Assembly (NCBI GenBank): GCA_964016885.1 | Contig: OZ024757.1 | Coordinates: 20,460,001 to 20,524,000 of the forward strand | From: Eledone cirrhosa | Lineage: Eukaryota | Length of the DNA stretch: 64,000 nucleotides | Direction of reading: 5' to 3' | Shown: positions 27,081 to 42,234 of the stretch, one piece after another | Layout: each line of letters begins with the position of its first letter | Position numbering within the stretch: position 1 is the stretch's first letter | Position numbers and translations under genes: made by a program | The notes under the pieces: generated by a model | Told to the model about the DNA's origin: nothing | Database searches by the model: none | Seen by the model: only the letters and a program-made list of their open reading frames with translations

Positions 27081-28362
27081 TCATCATCATCATCATTTCA
27101 TTTTATGTCCGCTTTTTCCCTTCTAGTAAGGGTGGGACGGGAACTGATTCTGGCTTGATTTCTACAGCTGGATGCCCTTCCTAACACCAACCTCATTTAC
27201 AGTGTGGACTGGGTGCTTTTTGGCCGTGGCACCTCCACGACCACTTTGCAGTGGAATGATAGGGACCCCAGTCGTATCATCTCATTTCTACAGCTGAGTA
27301 AACTGGAGCAATGTGAAATAAAGTGTCTTGCTCAAGGAAACAACAAGACACTTTATTTCACATTGTTATTATTTCATTATTGGTGGATTGGCACTATCAG
27401 TAGAGGGTCGGACACCATGCTTTGCAGCAAAGAGTTACGGCCCTTTATGATCTGGGTTCAAATCCCGCCGAGGTTAACTTTGCCTTTCATCCTTACGAGG
27501 TCGATAAAATAAAGTACCAGTAATACACTGGGATGATTGCTGGCCTTGTGCCAAAAGTAGAAACAATTATTATTATTATTTTTTTTTATGAGTCTCAGTG
27601 ATATGAGGTCAACTCTCACCACCTCTGCCCAAGTCTTTCTTGGTTTATCTTTACTGAGGCTTCCTTTCACTGGCGTTTCTTCATTGTGTATTTATATATA
27701 TATAAAATGGTAGTACTGGTACCACAATAAAATGTACTCAGTCCACATAGTCTTAGATGTACAAGAAGGGATGCATTTGACCTTACTCAGACTGACCTAG
27801 GGCTAAACAACTACAAAGAAAAAAGAGAGAGGGGAGGGAACAGTTAAATTAGTTGTTTCTACTTTTGGCACAAGGCCAGCAATTATCCCAGTGTATTACT
27901 GGTACTTTATTTTATCGACCCCCATAAGGATAAAAGGCAAAGTTTAACCTCGGTAGGATTTGAACTCAGACCATAAAGGGACGTAACTCTATGCGTCAAA
28001 ACATGGCGTCCGACCCTCTACCGATACTGTCAATCCAGCACCAACAGTTAAATTAATATCAATAGAGCAATATATGGCTGTAGTAGTAGTAGTAATGATG
28101 GTGGTAGTATTGTAACAGTAATAGTAGTATTAGTAGTAGCAGTTGCATGAGTAGTAGTAATAGTAGCAGCATTAGTAGTGCTATTATTACTATGCGGCAT
28201 AGAGTTAAGCCCTTTACGTTCTGCGCTCAAATTCCGCCGAGGTTAGCTTTGCCTTTCATCCTTACGGGGTCGATAAAATAAAGTACCAGTCACGCACTGG
28301 GGTCGATTTAATCGACTTTCCCCTCCCTTAGAATTACTGGGCTTGTGCCTATAGTAGAAACA

Positions 28363-28396
<34 letters not shown>

Positions 28397-30270
28397 GGGC
28401 GGTGGATTGGCAGTATCGGTAGAGGGTCGGACGCCATGCTTTCCAGCTTAGTGTTACGTCCCTTTATGATCTGAGTTCAAATCCCGGCAAGGTTAACTTT
28501 GCCTTTCATCCTTACGGGGGTCGATAAAATAAAGTACCAGTAATGCACTGGGATAATTGCTGGCCTTGTGCCAAAAGTAGAAACAATTATTATTATTATT
28601 ATTAGTAGATAAGGGCAATGTCATTGTCTTTTTGTCACACACACACACACTGTCTCTCTCTAAACAAATGACTTTCCTTTTCTCTCTCTAGCTACCACTT
28701 TAGAAGAAGAATCAGAGTGAAGACAGAGGTACTGCACCCCAGTAAATTTACTGAAAGGTGGGTGAATGTAGCAAAAATGGCCCGAGTGATTGGGCCTTCT
28801 CTGTATATAAACCTGTAGGTTGAAGAAGAGAGCAAAAGGAAGAAGAGAGCACTTGCACAACACGCTCCTGAAGTCGAGGGTCGTTCTATCGACGGGGTAT
28901 TGAACAACCCATTTGTGGCGCCACCCCCCTATTGGGGATTTCGACTGTATGTAAAATCCCCGGCATGTGTCTTTGTATTGTCCCCTTTTCTTGTGCGCCC
29001 TTGTGGCAAATAAAGAAATATATCTATGTACATCTCTCTAGCTTGGCACTCCCCCTTTCTATATATAGATGAGAGTGATGTTGTAACTTTCTATCTATCT
29101 ACCTCGAAAACACACCGTTCCCTTTTCTCTCTCTATCTATGTACATACCTCTCACTTGGTGCTCCCCCTCTCTACAAATTGACTGTGACTGACAGAAGGA
29201 CACACGGACGGTGCTCTTATTATAATATAGTTTATTATTATTATTATTATTTATTATTAGTAATAGTAGTATTAGTAGTATTAGTAGTAGTAGTAATGCT
29301 TTGTAGCCAGAGGATCAAGATCTGAAGAAGGGGGGGGGGAGGAAATAAAGCAGAATGGGGTTGTGGTGATGATAGTGATGATGGTGTGTGTGTGTGTGTG
29401 TGTGTGTGTGAGGGGGGGGGGTGAGAAATCTATATAACAAAAATGGAAACAGTCCAAATAAATATATCGCCAGCAAAGTAAAATAACTTTTTCAAGTGTG
29501 GTATTTGGCAAAATATTGGGGCTTTTCTTTTTTGTTGTTTAAAGGAGTATTAGCTCTTTTCTTTTCTATCACACATCCCCCCACCCCCCTGCCCTATCAT
29601 AGCACCATCCTTCCACCCCTCATCTTCTACAGCTCCATAATGAAAAAGAAATCGCTATGAGAGAGTTACTGCAATACAAACATACCAAATTAACATAAAT
29701 TAATGACATCACAATCTTATTTTCTTATTATTTCATTACAATTTTGTTCATTTCCCTGCAGAAAATTTTAAAAAGGCTGCGAATTGGCAGATTCATAGAA
29801 TACTTTGCAGTATTTGTTCCGGCTTTCTCTGATCTGATTCCCCCCCCACCTAGTTCAACTTTGTCTTAATGTCCTGTCACACATAAAACCACATTAGCAT
29901 TTGAAATAACAAACCACAAGAAACCACATTAGCAAAACATACTCGAAAAGTATAAAACAACACTAATTAAACTGCATCGCATAAAAATTGAAAATTTGGT
30001 ATATCAATCTTACCAAATATTAAATAATAAATATTAAAAAACTGCTCACAGAATATATGAAATATCCTTTTTTAATATTTATTATTTGATAAGATTGACA
30101 TACCAATCAAAACCGGTAACATTTGTTAAAATTTAAATCCATTTAATGCAACAATTATAAAATTATTCATTGTTGGATTAAAGAAAAAATAATCTTTAAA
30201 TATACTTCTGAGCATTTTCACTATTACTTTTGAACTATATAACCTTTAATTTGTATGGAAGTATATATAT

Positions 30271-30597
30271 ATATATATACGATATTAAATAAATGGAAAC
30301 TATATTTATTTCATTATACATATTTCAGGGATACCAAATTAAAATATGGTATGCCTTCATCAGACAAAATACAATATATAAACAGTTTTATAAATAATTT
30401 TGACGTACCCTATTAGAAGCGACCATTACTTTTGGAAGCTGTCTGGGTACGTCAAAATTATTTATAAAACTGTTTATATATTGTATTTTGTTTGATGAAG
30501 GCATACCATATTTTAATTTGGCATCCCTGAAATATGTATAATGAAATAAATATGGTTTTATAAATATAGTTTCCATTTATTTAATATTGTATATATA
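30271..30597. mobile_element. Fold-back element (arms about 140 bp, 34-nt spacer) with a hammerhead in each arm, flanked by (TA)n
   Basis: 30271-30410 is the reverse complement of 30445-30597 apart from a few substitutions and one indel. Confidence 0.75.
30307..30371 (-). ncRNA. Type I minimal hammerhead motif in the left arm of a fold-back element
   Basis: Minus strand: tattttgt CTGATGA aggcatacca..tggtatccct GAAA tatgta TA atgaaata. The inverted partner copy at 30484-30548 (+) has TTGATGA. Confidence 0.75.
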
Positions 30598-30934
30598 CTC
30601 CAAAAACTTGTTAAGTGCTTTATATCAGTTATAAAATATTTACTCGTTGTATCCCAACAATTTTAAATAGAACTTTTGCATATATATATATATAACGGAG
30701 GAAATGTGGTAAGGAACCAGGTGGACCATAACGCACCAAAGTACTCAATACTTAGGGTAGTAGAGTGGGTAATAGGAACGAGTAGGACTCCGACGGCTGA
30801 GCTCAAGCCGTTTCGACGGCTAATTCAAATAAATTGATGTCTGACATACCTCAACTGTGCTGACGGTTCAATTCCAGCCTTGGCAAGACTGGAATTGAAC
30901 CATCAGCACAGTTGAGGTATGTCAGACATCAATT

Positions 30935-31000
30935 TATTTTATCTGATGAGGACGTACTGATGAAACAGCTCAGTACCTCTGAAATATGTATAATAAAATA
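30935..31000 (+). ncRNA. Type I minimal hammerhead motif
   Basis: tattttat CTGATGA ggac-gtactga..tcagtac-ctct GAAA tatgta TA ataaaata. Confidence 0.75.
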
Positions 31001-31859
31001 TATTTGATCACATGAATGTCTATATTTATTAACATTTTGAAGTAATATTATATATATATAAAAGCCGACCTTACCCAATTACACCTCTCAAAGGCAATGA
31101 CACACGACCGTGACTTCTGGTGTCACGCAGTAATACAGAGTACCCGACCTCCCATGGGTACAAGCTGAAGCATATAGACAATATGCCCCCACACCCCCCA
31201 CCGCAAGGTGGTCGTGGAGGTGCCACGGCAAAAACGGACCCAGCCCACACTGTAAAGTGGACGTGTAGGCGCCACGGAAAAGCACCCAGCACTCACTGTA
31301 CATGAGGTTGGTGTTAGGAAGGGCATCCAGCTGTAGAAATCAAGCCAGATCAGTTCCTGTATGAGCAAGGCATGGTCAGCCGACCAGACACTGCACACAA
31401 CAGGACAACCCGTCTAACCCATGCTAGCGTGGAAGAACGGACGTAAAACGGTGATGATGATGATGATATATATATATACATACTGGTATCTACCTGTCCA
31501 AGGTAGGGCCGATAACAGTGTTAGAACCCCAGTATCCAATTAATGTATTTCATTGTTTCAGGCGAAGTCAGTGAGATGGATCTGGAGTATCAAGACTAAT
31601 AATCTGGAGTTACTTAACTACTATCAATTAATCACTATCATGATCAATGAACCTTCTGAAATTATCATAAAACAATGAACTGATTAAGCACTGAACTTCA
31701 CCTTTTGTTTTCATTGTTCAACATTATATGCCGAGGTTGACTTTGCCTTTCATCCTTAAGGGGTCGATAAAATAAAGTACCATTAATACACTGGTATAAT
31801 TGCTGGCCTTGTGCCAAAAGTAGAAACAATTATATTATATTATATTATATTATATTATA

Positions 31860-32373
31860 TGTAGGCAACACGGTAAAAACCTCCCAGCCCCACACTGTAA
31901 ATGTGGTTGGTGTTAGGAAGGGCATCCAGCTGTAGAAAACCCGCCAGACAGTCCACGCTGTAATGTGGCCGTGTAGGCAACACGGTAAAAACCTCCCAGC
32001 CCCACACTGTAAATGTGGTTGGTGTTAGGAAGGGCATCCAGCTGTAGAAAACCCGCCAGACAGTCCACGCTGTAATGTGGCCGTGTAGGCAACACGGTAA
32101 AAACCTCCCAGCCCCACACTGTAAATGTGGTTGGTGTTAGGAAGGGCATCCAGCTGTAGAAAACCCGCCAGACAGTCCACGCTGTAATGTGGCCGTGTAG
32201 GCAACACGGTAAAAACCTCCCAGCCCCACACTGTAAACGTGGTTGGTGTTAGGAAGGGCATCCAACTGTAGAAAACCCGCCAGACAGTCCTATGCGAGCA
32301 AGACAACCACTCTTGCCTCAAGTGGGAAAACTCCCGTCCAAACCCATGCAAGCGTGGAACATGGACGTTAAAC

Positions 32374-32405
<32 letters not shown>
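31860..32405 (+). mobile_element. RTE-UTR/SINE tail with a 112-bp x about 4 tandem expansion
   Basis: gtaggcaacacggtaaaaacctcccagccccacactgtaaatgtggttggtgttaggaagggcatcc.. with period 112; (GAT)n tail. Confidence 0.9.
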
Positions 32406-32406
<1 letters not shown>

Positions 32407-34985
32407 AAGGGCGGTGGATTGGCAGTATCGGTAGAGGGTCGGGCGCCATGCTTTCCAGCATAGTTACGGCCCTTTATGATCTGAGTTCAAATCCTGCTGA
32501 GGTTAACTTTGCCTTTCATCCTTACGGGGGTCGATAAAATAAAGTACCAGTAATGTACTGGGTAATTGTTGGCCTTGTGCTTAAAGTAGAAACAATTATA
32601 TTATATTATGTGAATTGGCAGTATCGGTAGTGGGTTGGGCGCTATGCTTTGACGCATAGAGATACGGCCCTTACCATTCTGAGTTCGAATCCCGCCGAGG
32701 TTAACTTTGCCTTTCATCCTTACGGGGGTCGATAAAATAAAGTACCAGTAATACACTGGATAATTGCTGGCCTTGTGTCAAAAGTAGAAACAATTATATT
32801 ATATTATATATGAGGTGAGTGTGTGTGGTTTAGAATGGGGACACTGTATCTCTGTGTGATATAAGAATCCACTAAGAGGGTTGGTGTCAGGAAGGGCAAC
32901 AGGCTGTAAAACTTTGCCCTCAAAATGTCTCGTCCAACTCATGCCAGCATGGAAAATTCAACATAAAAACAATGACGATGACACTTGCACACATATTTAC
33001 ACATACATTCACACACACACACAAAAAAAGGTACGATCGACTTTCGTCAAATCGGACCGAGGAAACAATGTTTCCATTGGTCTTTCCAATTGCTAATACT
33101 ATCTATCGGTCGCAACTCCAGGTAGAAGGAGCAATGTGAAATAAAGTGTCTTGCTCAAGGACATAACGCATCGCCTGGTCCAGGAATCGAACTCACAACC
33201 TTACGATTGCGAATCCAATTCTCTAACCACTCAGCCACACGCCCTTCACACACACACAAATATATATATATATATATAAATAAAACATTCTTAATAAATA
33301 AACTTGCCTTATGATACTGTGAGTTCCAAACTGTACCGTATTCATAACAGGTTTGAAAATCCATCATGTCCATCTTGCACAGAATTTGAGAATTATTTTT
33401 CCAGGTAACTTTATTATTATTATTATTATTTTATCTTTTTTTTGTTGTTTTTTTTGTATCCAGTAAAAAAGAAAGAAAGACAAAGAATGTTGAAGACTGC
33501 TAAATCTGTCCAGTTATATCTGACAGCAATTGGTAAATATAATTGTTTCTACTTTAGGCACAAGGCCAGCAAGCACCCAGTGCATTACTGGTACTTATAA
33601 TAATTGGTAGTATGTTTAAAGGTCACTGGTAGTATGTGTAAAGGTCATTCCCGGTCATTGCAATAATGTGGTAGCACCTCATATATTTATATATATATGT
33701 ATTGATGTATGTATGTATGTGTGTATGTATGTGTGTATATATGTGCATCAATAATTCTGTATCCGGGGTTGGGGATTAAGAAGTCAGAGTAGATCGAAAT
33801 AGTTTGTTTTGGAGGAAAAGCTTTGTAGAGATCCACAATGAATTGAGAACTACAACTGTTATATATGTATATACATAGTCCTTATATATATGTATGTACA
33901 TATATATCTTTATATGTATATATGTATATACATATATATGTGTATATACAAATAAATCATTATATGCCAATATGTATATATCTATAATTACTGGTATCGG
34001 TCATAATACTAGTAGCAGAGAGCAGGGAACGACAAGAAAGTGTTTCTGAGCAGAACCAACTCTAAAGAATTGGTGAAATGCAGCAATACTATATTATAGT
34101 TAAGGCCAGCTGGAGCAATTTATCTGCCGCTTCTTTATTTGTTGTCCAATCAACAACTCTATAATTTCATATATATATATATATCGAGAGAGAGAGAGAT
34201 AGAGCAAGAGAGAGTGGGGGGAGAGAGTGATAAGGAAGTGACAAATAGATAAGGGTATTAAAGTAGAAAGGGGGAGGGGGAGCAATATAAGTTACTGTTC
34301 CAGATATTCAGAAGTTATGTTTGGAGGTGGGTTTATCTGTGTTCTACATGTATTCTCAGAGCAAAGACATTTTCATTTGAGAGAGAGAGAGAGATGGTTG
34401 AGAGAGCAAAAGGTAGAGAGAGAGAAGAGTGCGTGTGTATGAGAGCGAGAAAGAGAAAAGAGAGAGGTAAGAGATAATTAAAGAGATTAAGATGGGAAAG
34501 ATGATGATAAGATGGCAAAGCTGAAGAATGTAAAAGTCCCACCTCTTCTTCACCACCACCTATTCTCCCCTCTTAAATATAGGGTCAATTGGCAAAAGAG
34601 ACTCCTTTTTTTTTCTGAAGCTAATTCTAGTCTAAATCTAATTCAAACATAGACAAATATTAAGAGTTTTAAATCTATCCATTGGAAGAAATACATGTCC
34701 TTGAAGATGGCTAGCTCATATGTTGTGGAACTAACTTTATTTACACACAGACACACACACATATATATATATATATATGTGAGAAAAACCACGGACCCTC
34801 CATCTCAACTCTACTTTTGAAAAGCAGAAGAACTGCGAAACCGGTAAAGGAACCAAATAAATATATATATTTTTTTTAAAATAAGACTCCAGTTGCATTT
34901 TCGATTTCATCTTTTTTTCTTTATACTTTCACTCGTGTAGGACACCTCGGTTATTTTTCATTTTGTAAAAAAAACCTCACTTTCT

Positions 34986-35016
<31 letters not shown>

Positions 35017-36464
35017 CCAGTCCTAAATAAATGAGGTTGTGTAGGTGTCACGACAAAAAAACACACAGTCCACGCTGTAATGTGGCTGTGTAGGTAACAC
35101 GGTAAAAACCTCCCAGTCCACACTGTAAACGTGGTTGGTGTTAGGAAGAGCATCCAGCCGTAGAAAACCCGCCAGACAGTCCTATACGAGCAAGACAACC
35201 AATCTTGCCTCAAGTGGGACAATTCCCGTCTAAGCCCATGCTAGCGTGGAAGATAGACGTTAAACGATGATGATGATGATGATTATATATATATATATAT
35301 ATAACGGAGGAGTTGTGGTAAAGAACCAGATGGACCATAACGGCTTGAGCTCTGCCGTCGGGGTCATACTTTCTCCTATATCTATATGTATAAAGTACCA
35401 GTAATACACTGGGATAATTGCTGGCCTTGTGCCTAATGTAGAAACAATTATTTATAGATTCTGCTGGATGTGACATACAGATTTAAGGCTGGAACATAAG
35501 ACATGCAGACTGATACAAACTGAGTAAGCTCTGCTGATTCTTCAAGAAAATCTTGGAATATGTTTTATTTGTTGACCTAAAAAAACCCAGCCTGGAATGA
35601 TATGCTAGAAATGTTTTCAGAATATCTCTTATCTATGTGATGCGCTACTAATTGATGTCATTCTATTAAAGTCTGGTGAGTGAAGTAGTTACTAACATAG
35701 TCATTTTAAACCAGGTTCTATAATTTTATTTAGTAGTACTAGTAAATCTACTGAGTGAAGTAGTTACTAACAATACTATAGTCATTTAAAACCAGGTTCT
35801 GTAACTTCCAATACTAGCATTAAGTCTGGTGAGAGATATAGAGGAAGAATCACTCCCAGTACTGGATTTGTACTTTATTATCAACCCCATAAGGGTGAAA
35901 GGTAAAGTTGACCTTGGTGGGATTTGAACTCAGAATACAGAGAGCCAGAATGAATGCTGTGAAGCATTTTATCTGACGTACTGATGCCTCTGCCAATTCT
36001 CTGCCTACATGTACTTTAGTTTTAGATAAATGCTAACAGATAAGCCTGTAATAAGATGATATTGGTTGGCATTAGGAAGGATATTAAGCCGTAGAAACCA
36101 TGCCAAAATACAGATCCATGTTTAACCCATACAAGCATGGAAAAATAGATGATGATGATGATTGCAGGGAGATATTTTTCTTCAAAGTCCATCATATGTC
36201 ACTGGTATTAGAAACTGTAAGCAAGTTTGAGGCAGAGAAAGAACAATAGTCTGCAAATGTGACTCAAGCCATGTATATACCATGAGCAAGGTCAGACTTT
36301 CACCATCAGAGGCCCTAAGCTGTATGAAATTTGAGGCACATCTCTAAAACAATTTGGGTAAAAACATTTAAAATAATTATACATGATTATTATTTATTAA
36401 TGATTACAAAACTAAATTAATTACAAAATGTTTCTTTTAACTAATTAATTGATTTATTTCAGGA

Positions 36465-37430
36465 AGCACAGCCTGGAATCTAAAGGTCTTAAAGTCAACT
36501 TAGCAAAGACTAAAATTCTAGGGCCAGATCTCCTCAGAGAAATGGCCTTTCTCAGTGTGCAGAAAAGGAGTAGGCAGGAATTCCATACTATGTTCCAAGT
36601 GCAAGCTATGGGTACATGAAATGTAGTGGAATCCCAGGCAGGCTAACAAAAAATGTAGGTTTTACAAGTGGTCGGTGCACAGGAGCATTAAGTAGCAAGA
36701 GCTCTCAAGATACAATCACCTCCAAATGTCCAGAGGGCTCTATAGAAGTGATAGATAGCTTCTGTTACCTGGGTGACCCTATCAGCAATGGGGGAGGGTG
36801 TTCTGACAGCACAGTAGCCAGAGTGAGGTCGGGTTGGTGCTAACTACAATAGAATTTTACCTCAAAATGAAAGGCAGACTGTATGATACATGTATAAGAA
36901 CAACTATGTTGCACAGCAGCGAGACCTGGGCTCAGTGTGTAGAGTACCAGCTTAGATTGGAAAGAAATGAAGCCTCCATGCTTCACTGGCTGTGCGATAA
37001 TATACACGAATGGGAAAGCATAAATGAACTACGCAAGAAATTAGACATAAGAGGGATCAGATGTGTGCAGGAGATGAGATTGAATTGGTATGGACACGTG
37101 ATGCATTTGAAGGATGACAGCTGTATAAAAAAGGTGCCAAGCACTCAAAGTTGATGGTAGCCGTGGAATAGACAGGCTTAGGAAGACTTGGGATGAGGTA
37201 ATAAGAGCTGACTTTGCTCAATTATATCTCACTAAAGAAATGACACAGGACCAGGACCGTGACCTCTGGCGCTATGAAGTATTACAGAAGACCCGCCTTC
37301 ACGAAGGGTCAGTCCGTCCTACCCATGCTAGCATGCTCCATTGGATGTGCAATGTCAATGTGTGTGAACGACCAAGCATAGATGAGCCGAGAGAGAAACT
37401 GCGTATAAGAGGGATAAGTTGTAGTGGCTT
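36465..37430 (+). mobile_element. Decayed RTE-clade LINE ORF2 fragment with a Cys-rich insert
   Basis: GLKVNLAKTK, CRKGVGRNSILCSKCKLWVH, DSFCYLGD, GRLYDTCIR, LNWYGHVM. Confidence 0.85.
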
Positions 37431-38866
37431 TAGTTTAATATGGAAACTTTTCCAGATGATTTGTCCGCTGGTAAAGATACTATAAACATTTGAATTAACA
37501 AACCAGTGGGTTTTTTTTCAAAATATATTTTCTACTAAATCATTCATTACAGAGTGTTAAAAGTTAATGAGAGCAGATCTGGAGCTAACACTACCAGAAC
37601 AACAACAACCACAACAACAACAACAGTAAAGAAAGTGACAATAAAATGTGTTGGTGATGGTGCCTTTCTGTGAAAACTTTACTGGCATTAAATTACGTGA
37701 AATCGTTCATAAAACTGTGAATTGAACCACCAATACCCCAACAACAACAGCAATACACCACCACTTACAGTGATTACTGTTATTGCATGCCAACAGCAAT
37801 GATGGCAACAACAACAACGACAACAACACAACAACAAGGAGGTAAAGGAAACAAGAATGGCAATGCTGTTATAATAATAATAATAATGAAATTATTGTGT
37901 ACAGTGCTCAGGTGCACTACAACTCATCAAAGGTGCATGTATAGTACATAGAATAATGTACAAATGTCAGGAAAATAAACAGTGTATGAGTCATGATATA
38001 ATAACAACAACAATAACAATAATGAAATATTGTGCACAGTGCCCAGGTGCACCACAACCCATCAAAAAAGTGCATGTACAGTACATAGGGCAATGCACAA
38101 ACATCAGTAAAATGAACAGTGCACACATGTGTGCATGTGTATGGAAGGGGCACATCAGGTGTAGTTTTGGCGTATTTCGGGAAGCATGAGTGTCTTAAAG
38201 GATGCAGTGTCTCGGCAGCTAACAATTGACGCAGGCAGTTTGTTCCATGCTTCAGCAACTCTGAATATGTAGAGGAGCTCAATTAATGACGAACCAGTTT
38301 GGAATACACATTCCTAAAGTCTGTGTCGAGACCAATGGCTCATCGGGCTGGTGTTTTTTCTCAGTTTCTGCGGTGTTAAGTGACTGAGAGTACAAGACTT
38401 CCTCTGGACAGGTCACCAGTCCATCTCAGAGTTAAACTCCCAGCTACTACTGGTACTCATTTTCAGCTGAGTACACTGGAGCAATGTGAAATGAAGCGTT
38501 TAACTTCAGAACACAACACACAAGCCAGTTGAGGAATGAAAGCAATAACATTATGACCGTAAGCCCAACATCCTTATCACTAGGTCATGCATCTTCACAC
38601 AATTCACTATCTGGTGTATTGAAAGATGTGATCAATGTGTCTGTTATATGTAGAGGAGGTCAGTGAAGTATGAACAAGTTTGGTCTGGAATACACAATCC
38701 TCTAACTGGTGTATCCAAACATCTGATCAATACAGCCCAAGAAACTTTATCAGGAGCATAATTAAAAAATTTCTTCTAAGAATAGCTACAGAGATTTGGT
38801 TTCAATAAACACGTGTGTGTGTGTATTTATATATATATATACATACACACAAATAAACACATAAGC

Positions 38867-38897
<31 letters not shown>

Positions 38898-38971
38898 TAT
38901 ATATATGCATATTTATATGTACATACATACATTATATATATATATATATATATATAAACACATAAGCATAA

Positions 38972-39002
<31 letters not shown>

Positions 39003-39041
39003 CACAAAAATAAACACACATAAGCATCTATATATATATAT

Positions 39042-39077
<36 letters not shown>

Positions 39078-39132
39078 GCATATTTATATGTACATACATA
39101 CATTTACATTATATATATATAAACACACATAA

Positions 39133-39182
<50 letters not shown>

Positions 39183-39909
39183 GTGAGTGAACGGCAAAGC
39201 ATAAACGAACTAAGGGAAAAATTAAAAATAAGAGGGATCAGATGTTGTTTACTCGAGAGAAGACTACGTTGGTATGGTCACGTGATGCGCATGAAAGATG
39301 ACAGCTGTATAAAAAAGTGCAGGGCAATAAAAATAGATGGTAACCACGGAGTAGGCAGACCCTGAAAAACCTGGGACGACTTGATAAATTCCGACCTCAC
39401 ACACTTACACCTCTCCTAGACAATGTCACTGGACCGAGATCTTTGGCGCTACGCAGTAATACAGAAGGCCCGCCTTACCTAAGTACAAAGTGAAACCTAC
39501 TACAGTCAGTAGGCACCTCTAACAAAATACACCCCCGTCCCACTACCCCCACCCTATCCACACCACCCCTTTCGATGTGAAGTTATGTTGGTACCACAAC
39601 ATCCAGTCCTATGTAAATGAGGTTGTGTAGGTGTCACAACAAAAAAACACACAGTCCACGCTGTAATGTGGCCGTGTAGGTAACACGGTAAAAACCTCCC
39701 AGTTCCACACTGTAAATGTGGTTGGTGTTAGGAAGGGCATCCAGCCGTAGAAAACCTGCCAGACAGTCCTATGCGAGCAAGACAACCACTCTTGCCTCAA
39801 GTGGGAAAATTCCCGTCCAAACCCATGCAAGCGTGGAAGATGGACGTTAAATGATGATGATGATGATGATATATACAGACACGCACAAAAATAAACACAC
39901 ATAAGCATA

Positions 39910-39942
<33 letters not shown>

Positions 39943-40264
39943 GCATATTTATATGTACATACATACATTTACATTATATATACATAAACACACATAAGCA
40001 TATATATATCATCATCATCATCATCATCATCTTCGTTCAACGTCCATTTTCCACGCTAGCATGGGTTATATATATATACATATTTATATACATATATATA
40101 TATACAAAAAAGAAGCTGTGGTAAGATAACAGGTGGACCATAACACACCAGAGTACTCGATACTTAGGGTAGTAGAGTGGACAAAAAGGAAAAGAGTCAG
40201 GACTCCGACGGCTGAGCTCCGGTCATTTCGATAGCTGTCGAAACGTCCGGTCCTGACTATTTTC

Positions 40265-40325
<61 letters not shown>

Positions 40326-42234
40326 ATCATCATCATCATCATCATCAACGTTTAACGTCCGTGTTCCACGCTTGCATGGGTTTGGACGGGGGTTTTCCCA
40401 CTTGAGGCAAGAGTGATTGTCTTGCTCGCATAGGACTGTTTGGCAGGTTTTCTACAGTTGGATGCCCTTCCTAACACCAACCACATTTACAGTGTGGGTC
40501 TGGGAGGTTTTTACCGTGTTGCCTACACGGCCACATTACAGCGTGGACTGTGTGTGTTTTTTTGTCGTGACACCTACACGATCTCATTTGTTTCGGCCTG
40601 GATGGCGCGGCACCAACATAACTTTACATAGAACGGGGTGGTGTGGATGGGGTGGAGGTGGTGGCGGGACGGGGTGTATTTTGTTAGAGATGCCTACTGG
40701 CAAGGCGGGTCTTCTCTGTTACTGAGTACCGCCAAAGGTCACGGTCCAGCGACATTGTCTTGGAGAGGTGTAAGTGTGTGAGGTCGGAGTTTATCAGCTC
40801 ATCCCATGTTTTTCTAGGTCTGCCTATTCCGTGGCTACCGTCTATCTTTATTGCCCTGCACTTTGTAATACAGCTATCGACTTTCATGCGCATCACGTGT
40901 CCATACCAACGCAGCCTTCTCTCGAGTAAACAACATCTATATATATATATTTTGTTGATTTCGGATTCACAGAAACCTACCGGAGATATTCCCTAATATC
41001 AACATGATGGTCCAGGTTTGTCAAATTAACCTGAGTCGGTTTTCTCGCTGCTTTGGTCCTTGCGGCTGGCTTACAGGTCGCAATCTTCAATTTGCCAAAC
41101 TGTCTAAATGTAATGTTATTACTCTAAGGTGAAAATACCTTATTGAGTGCTTAGCTGCACATTCCGATTGCATTCATTAGCTTGGCTGCAGCCAGAGCTT
41201 CGATTCTACTGAAATTCCATTTGTATATATATCATCATCATCATCATTTTACGTCCCGTTTTCCCTGCTTGCAAGGGTGGGACGGGAACTGATTCTGGCT
41301 TGATTTCTACAGCTGGATGCCCTTCCTAACACCAACCTCATTTACAGTGAGTGCTGGGTGCTTTTTTTGCCATGGCACCTCCACGACCACTTTGCAGTGG
41401 AATGATAGGGACTCCAGTCGCTATCATCTCATTTCTACAGCTGAGTAAACTGGAGCAATGTGAAATAAAGTGTCTTGCTCAAGGAAACAACACATCACCC
41501 GGTCTGAGAATTGAACTCACAGCCTTTCGATTGCAAGGCCAATGCTCTAACCACTAAGCCATGTGCCTCCATATATATATATACATACACATATATATAC
41601 ACATACACATATATATATGTATACATATATATACGCATTTATATCTATGTACATACATAAAATACATATAAATTAAATACATTTACATTATATACACACA
41701 CACACACACATATATAATGTTATAATGATGGTTTCTGATTTAGGCATAAGACCACCAACAATTTTGGGGGAGAGGGGAAATTAGTAAAATCGACCCCAGT
41801 GCATTACTGGTACTGACCCCTCGGCAGGATTTTAACTCAGAACGTAAAAGACCATAACTCTATGCGCACAAAGCATATTGTCCGATGCTCTGCCAAACCT
41901 GCTAATCCACCGCCCACATGTAATAATGATAATAATAATGAAATAATAAATGAAATGAATATATAAGCCTGTAGCATGCACAAGTGTCTTATTGATTAAG
42001 TGTCCTAAGTTGTGAGATGAATTATAACAATGATTCAAACTTTCTTAGGTTATTGATCCCTTCCTTAGTGTTTATGTTTACATCTAGATTTGTTGTTGTT
42101 CTGCTACTGCTGCAAATACTACTACTACTACTACTACTGCTACAACGATGATGACAAATGTTTTAATTTGATCAACCTCTGATCATTTTATTGTCCTATT
42201 CCTTAATACATATGTATGCGTATATATACATACA

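Noticed and set aside
33170-33245. tRNA gene
   Set aside because: The tRNA-like head continues into a CORE-like SINE domain, so it is a SINE rather than a tRNA
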